DNA of 64,000 nucleotides from Lama glama (Eukaryota). The notes beneath the pieces are model-generated. The model did not search any database. It had not been told where the DNA came from and was given only the letters and a program-made list of their open reading frames with translations. The stretch is taken from assembly GCA_028534125.1 (NCBI GenBank), contig CM052818.1, positions 622,001 through 686,000 of the forward strand, read 5' to 3'. Every line of letters starts with the position of its first letter. The first letter of the stretch is position 1. The position numbers and the translations under genes were made by a program. Positions 38,082-50,838 of the stretch are shown here, piece after piece.

Positions 38082-39585
38082 ACCTTAGTATTTCCTTCTA
38101 TGAAGCCAGCAAATGCCATGGAAGAGGGTGAGAGGGACTGAATTTCAGTATTCCACCTTCCAAAGGACCAGCAATCGGTATTGTTAATGCAAAAATACGC
38201 TAACATCGGTTTGAAAACCGTGTGTAATACTATCCCAAAGAACAGGAACAAGGAAGCCTGAGAGAGATGGGGACGCAGCATCACAATAAACTAGCTAAAG
38301 ACAGAATGGCCCCTGGAGCATCCTGGGCTGCAGCAGGGAGGGGGCGGCTTTCTGGGGACGCTCTCAAGGCAGAGCGTGTATGGGACCCATCTACCCCCAG
38401 CCCACGCTTTGTCTCCACAAGGCTGGATGACTGATAATAAATGTGCCACTCTAGCACGAAACAACGTGGGCAAGAAAACGTCCCCAGTGCTCTTAACACC
38501 AGGCTGTTTCATGACAAGTGCCTCAGTGGGTGCTGTTAAGATTCTCTCTAGTTACCTAGGAGGTTCCTGGCCTGATTCCCTTTCTGCACTCTACCTAGGG
38601 CTGAGCAGAGCCAGACTGGAGGTCAAGTTCCAACTCCGCCCAAACTGGGCCTGGGGCACATCCAGGACTGGTGACATCAAGACCGCAGCGCTGCCCTGGG
38701 ACCCCTGACGGGGCTCACCCAACCTACCATTCCAACAGAGCTTTAGCTTGGTTAATTTCCTGTCGTTTCCAGAATAAAAACTACTTTCTAAGCTTTCTCC
38801 CAATCTTTGTAAACGTGATGTTGTCAGAGAAGCCAGGGAGCCCTCCAGGCAATGCAGAGTGACAAAGACGGCGTCTGGGTGGGGGGAGAGGCAGGTGGAT
38901 GCCTACCTCGCCACCGCTGGCCAGCTGTTCCATTTGAGTCTAGATAAGGGCCTTGTCTTCTCCATCCTGTGGGTGCAGAAGCTGACTTCCCAGCCTGCTC
39001 CTAACTCAGAGTCAGCCTGAACTTCTGAGGGGCCAGCAGCCATTTGGGAAAGGCAGGACCTGGCTGTGGCTGGTAACTGGGCTCAGGACAGAGTCTGTCC
39101 TGGGTCCTGGTTCTGCTGCCTCCTCCTCATGAGGGGCTGGGCAGGTTCCTGGGACTCTCTGGGGTCATCTCCTCATGGGGAAAATGAGGCAACTGCGTTC
39201 CTCAAAAGGACAAAATCTTCCTGGGGTCTGTTCCAGCTCTGACATTCTAAGGTGTCAGAAGAATGTGGGGAAATTTAAGGCTTATCTTGAAGTCAAATTA
39301 AAGATTGTGGACCTGTGGACCCAGGGTGACTGACAGGGACCCCATCTGAGCTGGGCCTGACTGGTAACCATGAGTCCTCACAGCTGAGCCTTGTCCCCAG
39401 TTTCCCTCTGATGTTTTGACACCCCCACCTCCACTCCATCAGGTGGGAGGGGCTGAATTCTATCTGTCCAAAAGCTACACAAGCTGAGAAGCCACTGATG
39501 GCAAGTTTCCCCTGAGCCCGCTGCCCTCTGCCCATCCAGCAGTAAAATCCTACCAGACTCCGTGGGAAAGATGAGAGAGCCTTAC

Positions 39586-39709
39586 CTGAAATGTCGGTGA
39601 CTTTGATAGCTGTAGCTCGAGGAAACTTTTCTTTGAGAATTTGGGTCACCTTGAGCTCCCCCTCGGTCTGCGAGGCAAACATCCGCTGGGCACAGTGGAG
39701 AAGAGGAAG
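39586..39709 (-). CDS. BOLA3: BOLA3 exon 2
   Basis: On -: acceptor gacag|CTT and donor TCAG|gtaag. 124 nt encoding LPLLHCAQRMFASQTEGELKVTQILKEKFPRATAIKVTDIS(G). Confidence 0.96.
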
Positions 39710-41429
39710 CTGTCGCAGAACAGAGGCGAGTCACTGAGCAGGCCCCGCCTGCCCGCCCCCTGCAAGGCAGGGCCCTGGACCAAGTCAGAGGGACTGCCTG
39801 GTGACCCATGTCCATTTAAGCTCCCCAGGATACGGAATAAACTTCTTTTTGAGGGGGGAGTGGAACTGTAAATAACTCACTTCTGACTCGAGAGACAATA
39901 AGGCCCCAAACTGAATTCAAGAGATGTTTAACTCCTCATGGTCATGTTGTGAGAGAGACACTATCATGATGGCAATTTTATAAGTGAGGAAACTGAAGCA
40001 CTGGTAATGTGCCCAAGGCTGGATCCGTTAGCAAGATGCAGAGCCAGGAGAGGCTGGGCATCCCAGCTCAGGTGTGCCCCGCTAGGCCAGCGTGCCACTG
40101 CCAATGCACTGATGGGGCCAGATGTCACCCACCCTTTAGGCCTGATTAACATTCCACACTCTCTCCAGCGGGATGTAACCCTGTGACCTACTGCTCAGCG
40201 AGCCAGCTATCCTTTGCATCTCTACTGGGGAGAAGAAACATAACTCTAGTAAAGAAACCTGAAGGATAGATATTTTTAGATTATTCACCATTGGCCGCAA
40301 CACTCTCCCCTCCCCCAGTGGCTGCCATAAGGAGCCAGTGCTTCTGATGGGAATGTGTCTCAATGCTTAGGGGTGAAGGAGCAGAAAACCAGGTCGGAGG
40401 CCCCTTGGCTGGGTTGAGCACATGCTGAAAAGAGGGTCTGAAAACAGAGCATGGCAGGCCTTGAATGTCAGGCCAAAGATTCTGGACTTTGTTAGACAGG
40501 CTCCTTGGTGCCCAAGTAACAGTACCTTTTGAAGCTGGTCAGGAAAGATGACCAGATGATAGAAGCATTACAAAGGAAGTGACTGAAGGATGGTGGGTGG
40601 AGCGCTGTTCATTAAGCGCTGGTGCCGAAGGTACCATGCCTTCACCCGCTCAATGCTGCCCATCCTCAGGCCTTTCCCGATGGCCAGACCAGGGCCTGTG
40701 TCACAGACTCTCAGAGCACTTTCTTTAAAATCACCTGCGCACTGACTCTTTCACCAACCAGTCTTCAGAGGCCAAGACTGAGTCTGTCCTGTTACTGCAG
40801 TCTTCCAGAGCTGAGCCAGGGTAGGCACTCAGGAGGACTCCGGTGATGGATGGATGGATGGATGAATGAATGAGCAGGGAAAGAATCACATGATTCAGGG
40901 CATACCTACTGTGAACCCGCAAAGAAGTCCCGATTCCAGGGGCAGCTGAAATGCAGGTCAGGAGAAAGATCTGGAGGGAGACAGTGCTGTACAGAGGGAC
41001 AGAAACTTTATGTTGTGGGCCTGTGTAAGACTAGGGAGGGAAGTGGGACCTCTTCTAAAGACAGGGCCCTGGAGGGCAAAGGCAGAGGGTAGCCAGGTGG
41101 CAGGCAGAAGCAGCAATCACTAAGGGGTGAGGGTGGTAGCACCGTTGACTCCTCGGGGAAAGCCTTCTCTCATCTTAGCTGATTTGCAGGCAGTGGCCTT
41201 GAACTAGCAATCTATTGACAAAAATCTCCAGAGTGCCGACTGTCCATGCTGAAAGTCACCAGCAGAACTGCTCTTCATGCTTGCAGAGGCAGGTCCCAGA
41301 GAAGGAGGGATGTGAGCGGAAAGCCAAAGAAGTGGATGAAGGCAGGAAAGGATGCATCAGAAAGGAGGAGAGAGCGCGTAGTGAGTGCCCTCTGCTGGCC
41401 TCCTACTCCGGGAGTGTGGGATTTGGGGA

Positions 41430-42200
41430 GGGTCAAGGTCACAGAAGCCGGGCGGACGTTCCGGAGCTGCGCCCCAGCCACAGTCCCCGGCACGCACGCC
41501 GCGACTCCGGGTTCTGACTCCCACGTCTTCGGCTCGGTAAGTCAGCGCTGTCTTCCCGCGCCCGCTGTGCTGTGACTGTTTCCTTGTCTGTTCCCCTCGC
41601 CCTCCACTCCCAACCCGGTTCGCGAGCTCCCCCAGCGCGCGCCGGGCCTGACACTTCTCCAAACGGCCGCAGCCGGGCCCCCAGAATGACGAACCGACGA
41701 ATGAATGGCTGAGAGAGAAAGGCAGGGGAAGCCCGGGCCCGGCGCGCCGCCCTCCGCGAGCGCGTTCTGCAGCCCCGGCCCCGCGCCGCTCCCGCCCGGG
41801 GAAAGCAGCCCGGTCCCCGCCCGCGCTCACCCCGCGTGTCCCGCGGAGTAGAGGCGCCGCCGCGGCCGGGCTCCACGCCGCCATGCCCGGCCGACGCGCC
41901 CGCCGCCCGAGGTCGCCGCTGTGGTCCTAAAAGGCGCGGAGCCCCGGGACCAGAGCCGCCGCCGCCGCCGGCGAGGCCGCCCCCTGCCGTCCGGAGGCCG
42001 CGAGTCGCCCGGCCCGCTCAGGGCCCCGCCTCAGCCCCAGCTCACACCCCGGGGCTTCTGTTGCCTCCCAGGCCTCGGTCCGGGCGGGTCCTTCCTCCTC
42101 CGCCTGGAAGCCGGTCCGAGATACTCAACCCAGGCCCTAGATGGAACGCCTCCCATTCCCACTCCACACGCGGCAACCGGCTGCTCAACTGAGGCGCCTG
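41430..42200. promoter_or_regulatory. CpG-island promoter of BOLA3
   Basis: Dense CpG block spanning the BOLA3 ATG, with GC boxes (ccccgcc) and GCC runs upstream on the - strand. Confidence 0.85.
41831..41884 (-). CDS. BOLA3: BOLA3 exon 1 coding part (mitochondrial Fe-S cluster assembly factor, presequence start)
   Basis: ggcATGG Kozak context, MAAWSPAAAAPLLRGTRG, donor GGG|gtgag. The four exons total 54+124+89+66 = 333 nt, giving 110 aa plus stop. Confidence 0.95.
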
Positions 42201-42689
42201 GCTTTCTCTCTCCAGGAGGGAGCCAGGGAAGAACCTTAAGGAGGGGAGTCGTTTTCAGATTTGCATGTTAGAAAGATCACTCTGGCTCCTGCGATAAGTG
42301 GAGACAGCAGGGAGCTGAAAACTGGAGATGAGGACTGAAGTCCCGAGACTACTGCAATGGTCCAGGTGAGACTTGAAGCCGGAACTGGAGGAATGACGCC
42401 AAGGATAGGAGTGGATTGAGACACCTGGGAGGTGAATGGACTGGCGTGACCGCATTGGCGGGTGAGGGGATGAAGGTGTCAGGGATGACTCTCGGCTTTC
42501 CGGCTTGGACAGTGAAATTGGGAGAGGCAGGCTAGGTTTGGAGTGAAGGGGGTTCACTCACTCCGTTTTGGATTTGCCTGAACTTAAGACGTCTGCAGGA
42601 CATGGCCGAGCAGAGGCGGAGGCTGGAGCCACAGACCTTGGAGTCTTGAGAATGCAGTGGAAACTGACACCATCAGGGACAGGTAAGGT

Positions 42690-43502
42690 TGTGGGCAAAC
42701 CTGTCCTGCCTCTGGAATACTTCAGACAGTTGTCAAAGCCAGAATTCAACCAAGCCTTTTCTTTGGCAGCATTTGTTTGCAGCATGTGGTCTAGTATACC
42801 CTGAAGCATGTACCAGCTCTTTTTGCTATTGCATCCTGGACTATAAAATCAGTATGTTCAGTGTTGCACTTGGATGGGTTGTGTAAGCAAATACAGTAGA
42901 AGAGAATCAAGCATGGCTTTGTCAAGCAAAAGATAAGCCATTTCTGGCCCAGGTCATTTTGTGATCTAAGCCTGGCCACAACGCTTGCCTCGAAACAGGT
43001 CTCAGTAATTAATGGTCTTAAGGAAACAAAAGAATGCAGGAACAAATGACTGTTACCAGGCAAGAGAAGTGACAATGGCAAAGATAATAACTGTTGGTAA
43101 AGATTAGCCTGGATTATGCTCTGGAGGTGTTTTGCAGAATTCAAGCCCCTCACCCTCACCCTGCCCCGCTCCAGCAGTCAGTCACAAGATCAGCTGGACT
43201 TAAGGAATGATGGTTTTGACCTTTCTTGAGCCTCGTGACTCCAATCAACTAAAACTTGGACTCTGTCAACCTTTGCCCCAATTCTAGACTGAGTTCTCAT
43301 CTGCTCCACCCCCACATGAATGTGCATGTACCCTTGGCTTAAAAATTCCTCAATTTTACTGTTCCAGGAGACACTGCTTTGGGAAATATCCCCAGTGTTT
43401 TCTTACTTGCTGTAATAAATCCTTCCTTCTCCTGCTCTTTGACTTGGATGTATCATTTGGCTTGACACCCACTAAGAGGCAAACCCTGTTTTCAGGTTAA
43501 CA
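42690..43502 (+). mobile_element. ERV-type solo LTR upstream of BOLA3
   Basis: TG...CA ends (tgtgggcaaacc ... caggttaaca), TATA-like ttaaaaa at ~43340 and AATAAA at ~43414. Family not assigned. Confidence 0.55.
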
Positions 43503-43599
43503 GTTAGACAGACCTATAGTTGGATAGACCTACAGTTGTTCTTCAAACTGATCAGCCAAAAATACGCTCATTCATTCCGGTACCAGTCGAGTGATTCCT

Positions 43600-43955
43600 A
43601 TGACTAAAAGGAAAACTGCAGGCCCCAAACGGAGTCGGTTATGCTAGGCCACACCACCAAATGGGCTTAATATGTAATGCAATTAAACTTTCAACCTCTG
43701 CCAGAAATGCAGTCTTAACTGGTCGGTCAGGAATTTTCTGGTCAACATCAATGAAGTAATCTATCATACAGACCCGTCCCATTCCCCACAGGTAGGTTAC
43801 CTACACCTAAAATAATCTTTTTTTGACTTCCTTATCTTGCCTTTAAAAACCTTTCCCTTTCTGTAGTCCTTTGGCTGTTGCCTGAATCACAGATCATTCA
43901 ATAAAACCAATTAGATCTTTAAAATTCGCTCAGTTCAATTTTGTCTTTTTTACTG
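43600..43955 (+). mobile_element. Second ERV1-like LTR remnant
   Basis: aaaaggaaaactgcaggccccaaacggagtc...cctttaaaaacc...tcattcaataaaaccaattagatctttaaaatt..ctcagttcaattttgtcttt resembles MER34/MER39-class LTRs. Confidence 0.5.
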
Positions 43956-46900
43956 TTTTAACTCTAAGAATTTTTCCTCTCTCACAGTTTTTGCTTGAGT
44001 CCTTAAAAATTACGGATGGTGGGATTAGGGATGAATTGCTCATCTTTCATTTTTCTTCACACATCTAACTAAAATTGCCAAAATAACTTTTTCTAGTCTA
44101 CAGTAGCAACCACTTCTGCTACTCGGACCACGTGGTTCATATGAGGCGGACCCCCTTGTCAGCTCTAGGAGTGGTCACATGACCCAGGTCTGACCAATCA
44201 GATTGGCTTTGGGCTGGTCACATGATCTGAGCCAGACTAAAGGGAGCCTGTCTAGGGACTTGCCCAGAACTAAGGAACATAAAGGATTACTTGCCACTGG
44301 ATTGCTAAACTGGTAGAAAGCCTACTTTTGGCGACCATCTTTGCAATCACGTGGGCAGTGCCACTTTGGACATGAAGCAGACAGACGAAAGGAGAGCTGA
44401 GAGGAGACATATTTGACATCTTTTGTGCAACTGGAAACAAGCAGTGCCAGAAATGAGAGCTTAAGTCATTTTAGTTGGTTTTGTTATTTGTAACTAAGAG
44501 ACCAATGTTAAACTCACTGATTTGTATTTGCAAAATTTCTCCTTTCCTTTATTGAAAGTCAGTATTTTTGCTAATCTCCAGCCTTCATCCCCATAATTTA
44601 ACAGCAGCTCACATTGCTATTTTGGACCATCACTCTGCTTTGGTATTCCCCTCTTATCCTCAGTTTTCCACACTGCCATCAGAGCCATCTGAAATGAACA
44701 CTTGTCCTTTATTTCCTTCTCTAAAATCCTTCAGCCTCATCATCACCTACAGGTAAAAATCCAAGATCTTCCTTTGATCGAACCGCCTATCTACCTTTCC
44801 AACTGAAATGTACCCTTAGCTAATACTAGACTGCTTCCACTTCCTTAGACAAACTATGCAACAATTTTGCTTATGTGGTAACTACCCATCTTTCAAGCCA
44901 GTTCAAGCCTTGTCTTCCCCAGGGAGACACCTCTGACTGCCCCACAGTAAACTAAGGGCCCACAACGTGCACATAACTTTTATTACACAAATGGCCCTTT
45001 AGAACTATCAGTTTACGCATATGTCTGCTTTTTCCACTGGTCCATGAACTCCATGACACGTTCTTGCTTTAACAGTAATCTATGTCAAAGGTCCAGCATG
45101 GCACGGGACAAAAGGGCTGTGATTGCTGAACAAAACTGACAGTGGTTTGGCAATTCTGGCCCCAAGGTGTGAATCTGAACCTTTTAGAAAAAGGATTTTC
45201 AGGACAACCTCACCATCTTGGGCTTCCAAATGAGCTCCAACTTTAACAGTTCACAGATAATTTTTTATGCTAGAAGCAATAAAAGGCCAGTTTTACCTTA
45301 TGATTAGAAGTGTAATGCCTTTAGTCTCAAGAAATGGGTCTATCCCTTCTGCATTTTGCTTTCTGTCCTGAACTTGAGTCTCTTCATTTTATCGGTCCAT
45401 GATCACTCCGTTTTCATCCTTGTATTTACATCTGAGCTAACTGCAGAAAAGTCCTTGAGTAGGATCTATTTGGGTACATCTTTTTTTTTTAACTTCACTG
45501 GGATGATTTTTAATTTCAGTCAGTTTACTTTTATAGAGCCTCCAAGCTAGTCCTGAGCACACAGAATTTTCACAGAAGCAACACTCAAGAAGAGATCTGC
45601 CTTTCCATGTCTTCAGAGTCTGAGCTTTTGTGACACGGTCTAAAAAACAGAATTCCTAACATATCTCTCAAATGCCACCCCCTCCCCAGGTTGCTGTAAG
45701 GATTAAATGAGATAAACCCCCTAAAAGACTTCCCCAAATCAGGTAGGTTCCTGTAAGGAAGTGATATTCAAACTGCTGGTCCGCAGCAAGATACAGCGCT
45801 CGGCCAGAATCTGAATAATCTATTCCCTTCAGTTAGCAAATCTGCTACAAAAAAAAGAGAGTCAGCTGAGCTAAACAGTACACTCCGATACTTAAATTTT
45901 AGTGAAAACTCTTCATCTTTTCACACAACAGGAACAAAAAGTTCACAGAGCAGCAGCCTGTCCAAGCTTTTGGAGCATCCAAGATCTTTCAAACTACTTG
46001 CTATGCGCTCTTAACCTCCAGAATCTTTTTCTTAGCCCCTCTTGCAGCCAGGACAGAGGTATGTGACCTAGAATCTGCCAACCAAAGGCGCCCATTTAAG
46101 GTTTTGATTAGGAAGAAACACAAAAGGAAGAATGTGCTAGGTGAAATCCTTTATTCTGGTCAAGGCAGATGAATCTAGCTTTTGGGGGGAGCGAAGGCCA
46201 ACTGACATCTAGTGGCCAGCGATGAGTAACAACGCAGGCTATCATGTCGGGTCCACACCTAGCCCGACAGCAGTGGGTAACGCCAGAGAAGGCCCACGGC
46301 GTGGTTGGGACACTGTTTCTGGCTGTGCAGCTTCCAAGCCAGACTCTGGCCTTCCCAGATGTTACTTCAGTTCTTCTTCTACTCATTTATAAAGTTTGAA
46401 ATAGCTTCAAACTTTAGCCTTAAACACCCTTGCAAACTTAACACTTTGGCCATACGTTTTAAGCTTACTGAAAAAAAAAAAAAACACAACTATATTTAAA
46501 AAAAAATCCAGAACTTGATTGCTAGCTTACCGTACCTTTACATAAAATGAGTGTTAACCTGTATTCTTTAGTCACATTCGTTAAGTTTTTAATTTTAACT
46601 CCATTTTAAAAAGGTCAAAACAATTCTAGCACTGCTATTTTGAATAGACCTAAAATTAGGCACCTGTAACCTGGATCTCTAAAAATAACTCTAGTACTAA
46701 TAGTAATAACAAACGGCTGTTTGGAATAGGGGTGTCCTATGGTTCTGCTGAGGACTCAATTTCCAGGTCAGAAAATTAATGAGTGCAGTCTCTCCGCATC
46801 CCTTTTCTCAGTTTCACAACCGTGAATGTGCAAAGGAGGTCAAGAGCTTGGTTAACGTGGTAAAAAGGAGACCACCTTATTTTTTTCTGGGATGAGTTTT

Positions 46901-48403
46901 AGCCACTGCAGCCAGAGGCATCGTTTCGCTTCTTGGGGGTGGTATCCTGGTGTTATAAGACGTTTAGTTCATTTAGGAACTTCCCTTTCTTCTGAGAGTT
47001 AAGAAAACATTTTAGCTACTAAACGATAAGCAAAGAACCTTCCCCAGAATCTGCAAAAATCTCAAGTTTCACATTTAAATAGAAATGAGTGTGGTGAGAC
47101 ATACTTTCATCAGTCCTTTCTTTCTTTCAATATATTTTATTCTGATGAAGTTACAAAAGTAGATACAAAATATTTTTTTAAAAGTACAGTTAACTAACTT
47201 AGAAAAATAGATAAAGCCCCTAAAGGTTTAAAAATACAAAATAAATTTTCATGTAAAGAACATTTAAAAATAGATGATAACCAAGACTAACTTAAGCAAA
47301 CTATTTTTGATACAGACCAAACACAGAATGTTGTTCTATATTAAATCTATAGCACAGCGGTAATCCATCTGGATTTACAGGATACTTGTTTGGAACAGAA
47401 TCTGACAGAAAACCCAAGTGAATCAATGCAGTTGCTCCAATGAAATTACTGCCACCACAGGTAATAATATCACCCCCCAAAGCCCTTTACAGTCTGAAAT
47501 ACCAAAATCTAACGCAAAACCACAGGAAGACGGAGGGATTATCTGCCCTCTTTGCCGGAATTCTGCAACAGTGAAAAACCAAATCCAGTTACTGAACTGG
47601 TATTAGGAGGAAATAATGTCCCTGTTCGAGCCACTTAGTTTAGTGTCCCAGCTGGTATTTTCAAGCTGGAGTTCCACAGACAGGAGAGACAGGCAAGGGT
47701 GACCCCAGCACCACGACTGGAGTGGCTTAAAAACAAATTTCTAGGACTTCTACTCTTTGGGCCGGATTTATTTATGCTTATGAGGTAATGAATGATGTTC
47801 TGTTTAGAAGCTCCACTGTTAACGTGACCTCACTGCTCAGAGAGAAGGCGGACAGTATCATCAAGAAGCCTCAGCAATGCTTGTAAAAGTTAACAGCCAC
47901 AACAGGGATCGCTTCTCCTGCCTCTGCACTACTGGAAAAACATTCCTCTTGCTGTTATCAATGTCATAATAAATACAGATGTGCACTTCTCAAGAAGGCA
48001 GCTATATGAACTAGGGCCCTACAAGCCTTAGATGAGAGGAAATACTGTTAGCTGGCAGCCTGCTAAAATCACTTTATTCACAGTCTGAAGAAGAATAAAG
48101 GATACATTTGCTTGTCAATACAAAAACTATAGTACAAGGAAGTTTCAATATTTAAACGAAAGTCTGCATATCATTGTCCAAAAGTTTTTTTAAAGGCCCG
48201 GAAATTAAAGCACCACAGGATTAACTGGGTAATTTGGCAAACACTGTCCAATCCATCGCTGTACTCAGGTGTGGGGGGCGGCGGTTACACTGAGGAGCCT
48301 GCTGATTAGGAGAGGGCAGGGGAGTAAGCATCATGCGACAGGCAGGCTCTGGGACAGGGAGATAAATCAAGATGGAGAGGAGTCAAAGACAGGCTGATTT
48401 CTT

Positions 48404-48535
48404 TTTCTTTCTTTTTAAATTTTGGGGGGGGAGGTAATTAGGTTGGTTGGTTCGTTTGAATGGAGGTCCTAGGGACTGAACCCAGGACCTCATGCTATAA
48501 GCACACACTCTACCACTGAGCTATCCCCCTCCCCC
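48404..48535 (-). mobile_element. tRNA-derived SINE in the MOB1A 3' UTR
   Basis: The reverse complement reads GGGGAGGGGGATAGCTCAGTGGTAGAG...GGGTTCAGTCCC. TSD ctgatttctt at 48394-48403 and 48542-48551. Confidence 0.85.
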
Positions 48536-49624
48536 ACCACACTGATTTCTTAAAACCTGAATCAAAGGTTGCCCTCCAGCCAAGCCAGGGAGGTGTCAGC
48601 CTCTCCTCTTCCTCCAACTCTCCGGTCCTCGGATGTAAGCAAAAAGAGTTGTTTAGATATGTTGCTGGTTAAGCCAAATTAGCTTGGGAACCTGGTAACT
48701 TTTTTTTTTTTAAAGGACATTCTGGGTCTCAAATTACCAACAAATTTTAAACTCTATGTCCTATTAACAAGCTGTCTCTACTGCTGTCCTAGCATGTGAC
48801 TATCTTTGGTTTGTTTTAGGGCGGAGTCATTAAGAGAGGGAGGGTTTCTATCACTGAAAATAAGTGGAGAGAAGTGAGAACCCTTTTGTCTGATAATATT
48901 CGGAGTATTAGAAATGATGATGAGAGTACAACCCTAGTTGAGAAATATAATTTCATTCCTTGCAGACTGAATAAAAGCCAACAAGATTTAAAGTCAAGAA
49001 ACAGCAACATTCTAAGCGGCATCTAAAAATCTTCTTTCTTGTTTGGAAATGGTCAACATACACATACACAATGCCTGACAGGGACCTCTAGACAAGCTGC
49101 AAGTGGGGACTGGGGACTGCCTCACGGACAGTTTCCCTCTTTTTTCGTAAGGGATTATCCCACTCTTTATTTCCTTAAACACTGATGTATGGTTTCAGCC
49201 TAAATTAGACCAATGTTTTGTTTCCTTTAAATTATGTATATATTTAAGAATTTATTGAAATTGAGTTATTATAAAAATGGAGTTTCAAAGCAATTCTTTT
49301 CTTTGCACTCTAGTGGAATAATAAAAAAGAAATAACAAAAACCCTATCAAATTTAACCTTTACAGATGTCAAGGAAGAGTATCGAAGTGTTGCCTGTCTG
49401 GCAAGTCTTCGATATATGTGCGCCTCGATACATTTAAACAGTCTAAATCTTAGAAACCTAATGAAAATTAGATCTTTTCTTCACTAAAGGGGGAGATTTT
49501 TATTCCAATAGTAACAGAATAATTTCAAGTTTTGATACAAAAACTGACTATTAACAGAACGAAGTTTTTTGTTTTTTTGTTTTTACTTATTCCTCCCATT
49601 TTGTCTCCTTTAAACATACACCAA

Positions 49625-49648
49625 ACACACACACACACACACACACAC
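49625..49648. repeat. (AC)12 microsatellite
   Basis: Read directly from the sequence. Confidence 0.9.
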
Positions 49649-50760
49649 AAGAACAGCTAGCACACCAAACTTTCAGCTGGGTTATAAAAGGTGTGCATCT
49701 TCAAGGCTGTTTACTGTGGTATTCCTTAAGTTTGATCTTTACTGTGATAATGTTCGTGTATTTCTATGCTACTCTTCACTAAGAATCAAGTCACAATAAA
49801 AGCAGAATTGCTTTTCTTTAAAGGAGAACTCAAAACAAAATAATCAAGTACTCTGAGTAATTTCTTCCATTCTCCTGCCAAATTTCAAGGCCTCTGAAAA
49901 CAAACAATATGAAGCAAAACAGTGGTTTTAAGACCCAAATTCGTCATAATTTTTTTGGAATCCATCTTTTTTCTCAGCCAAAACCTGCATATTCAAATTA
50001 ATCTGAAGTATTTCAAAATAAACATCTGCAAGACAATCCTCAGATGGCCTTAAAAACTTATTTGATGCATACTCCTAAAATTTTAGATAGGTTGATGTGA
50101 ATAAAATCCCAAATAAAGATGGAAAAATAAAGTCATTTTAGAAATAACTTTGGTTACTCCCACATCACGTGTCATATGATTTAAACTGCAATCATGGATT
50201 TTGAAAAAATATACATATATATACTTATCTATAAAAACACTACCGTACAAACTTCAAAGTGACACAAATATTCTAAACATCCAAAGTGACACAAATATTC
50301 TAAATCTTAAGGAAATTTAAAAACATCTCTTCTATTTGTAAAATAAAAACAGAATAAAACTGATCTGACTGCATTATTAGGAAATTTGTTCTGGAAACTT
50401 GTTAATAAATTATTGGTGGAAATTCTTAATATCCGTCATGCTGTCACCTGAAACAGACTCAAACATTGTCTTCAGTAAAAGGATAACAAAACTAATAAAC
50501 TAGTTAGTTGTCACATACTACAACCAAGTATGACTGTGGCAGTGGTCACACAGTGCCTCAAATTCAGCTGTGTCCTGAATTTCTCACTCTGAAGGTATTA
50601 CAATGGCCAACCTACCTTTGGGACAATTTTATCAGTAGACACACACAACAGGTGCCTTTTTTATCCTGTAAAGTTTGTATCTCTAGTCTGTAACAGATAG
50701 CAATGAGATAGCTGAAGAAGTAGATGAAGCAAGAGGGTAACTGGGTTCTAGAAGAAAAAT

Positions 50761-50838
50761 TTATCTGTCTTTTGATCCAAGCTTCTCGATTAATTCCTGA
50801 AGAGGTGCCAACTCACGCCTATCAATCAGATTAAACTC
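50761..50838 (-). CDS. MOB1A: MOB1A (MOB kinase activator 1A, Hippo pathway) terminal coding exon
   Basis: On -: acceptor tttttttag|GAG, then EFNLIDRRELAPLQELIEKLGSKDR and TAA. The LGSKDR ending and the position next to BOLA3 favour MOB1A over MOB1B. Confidence 0.95.
   Translation of the reverse strand, partial: EFNLIDRRELAPLQELIEKLGSKDR

Larger units (their letters stand above)
47120..50760 (-). other. MOB1A: MOB1A 3' UTR (~3.6 kb)
   Basis: AT-rich region after the stop on -. Distal AATAAA (tttatt at 47136-47141), with other candidates at 48073, 49166, 49251 and 49499. The end position is approximate. Confidence 0.7.
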
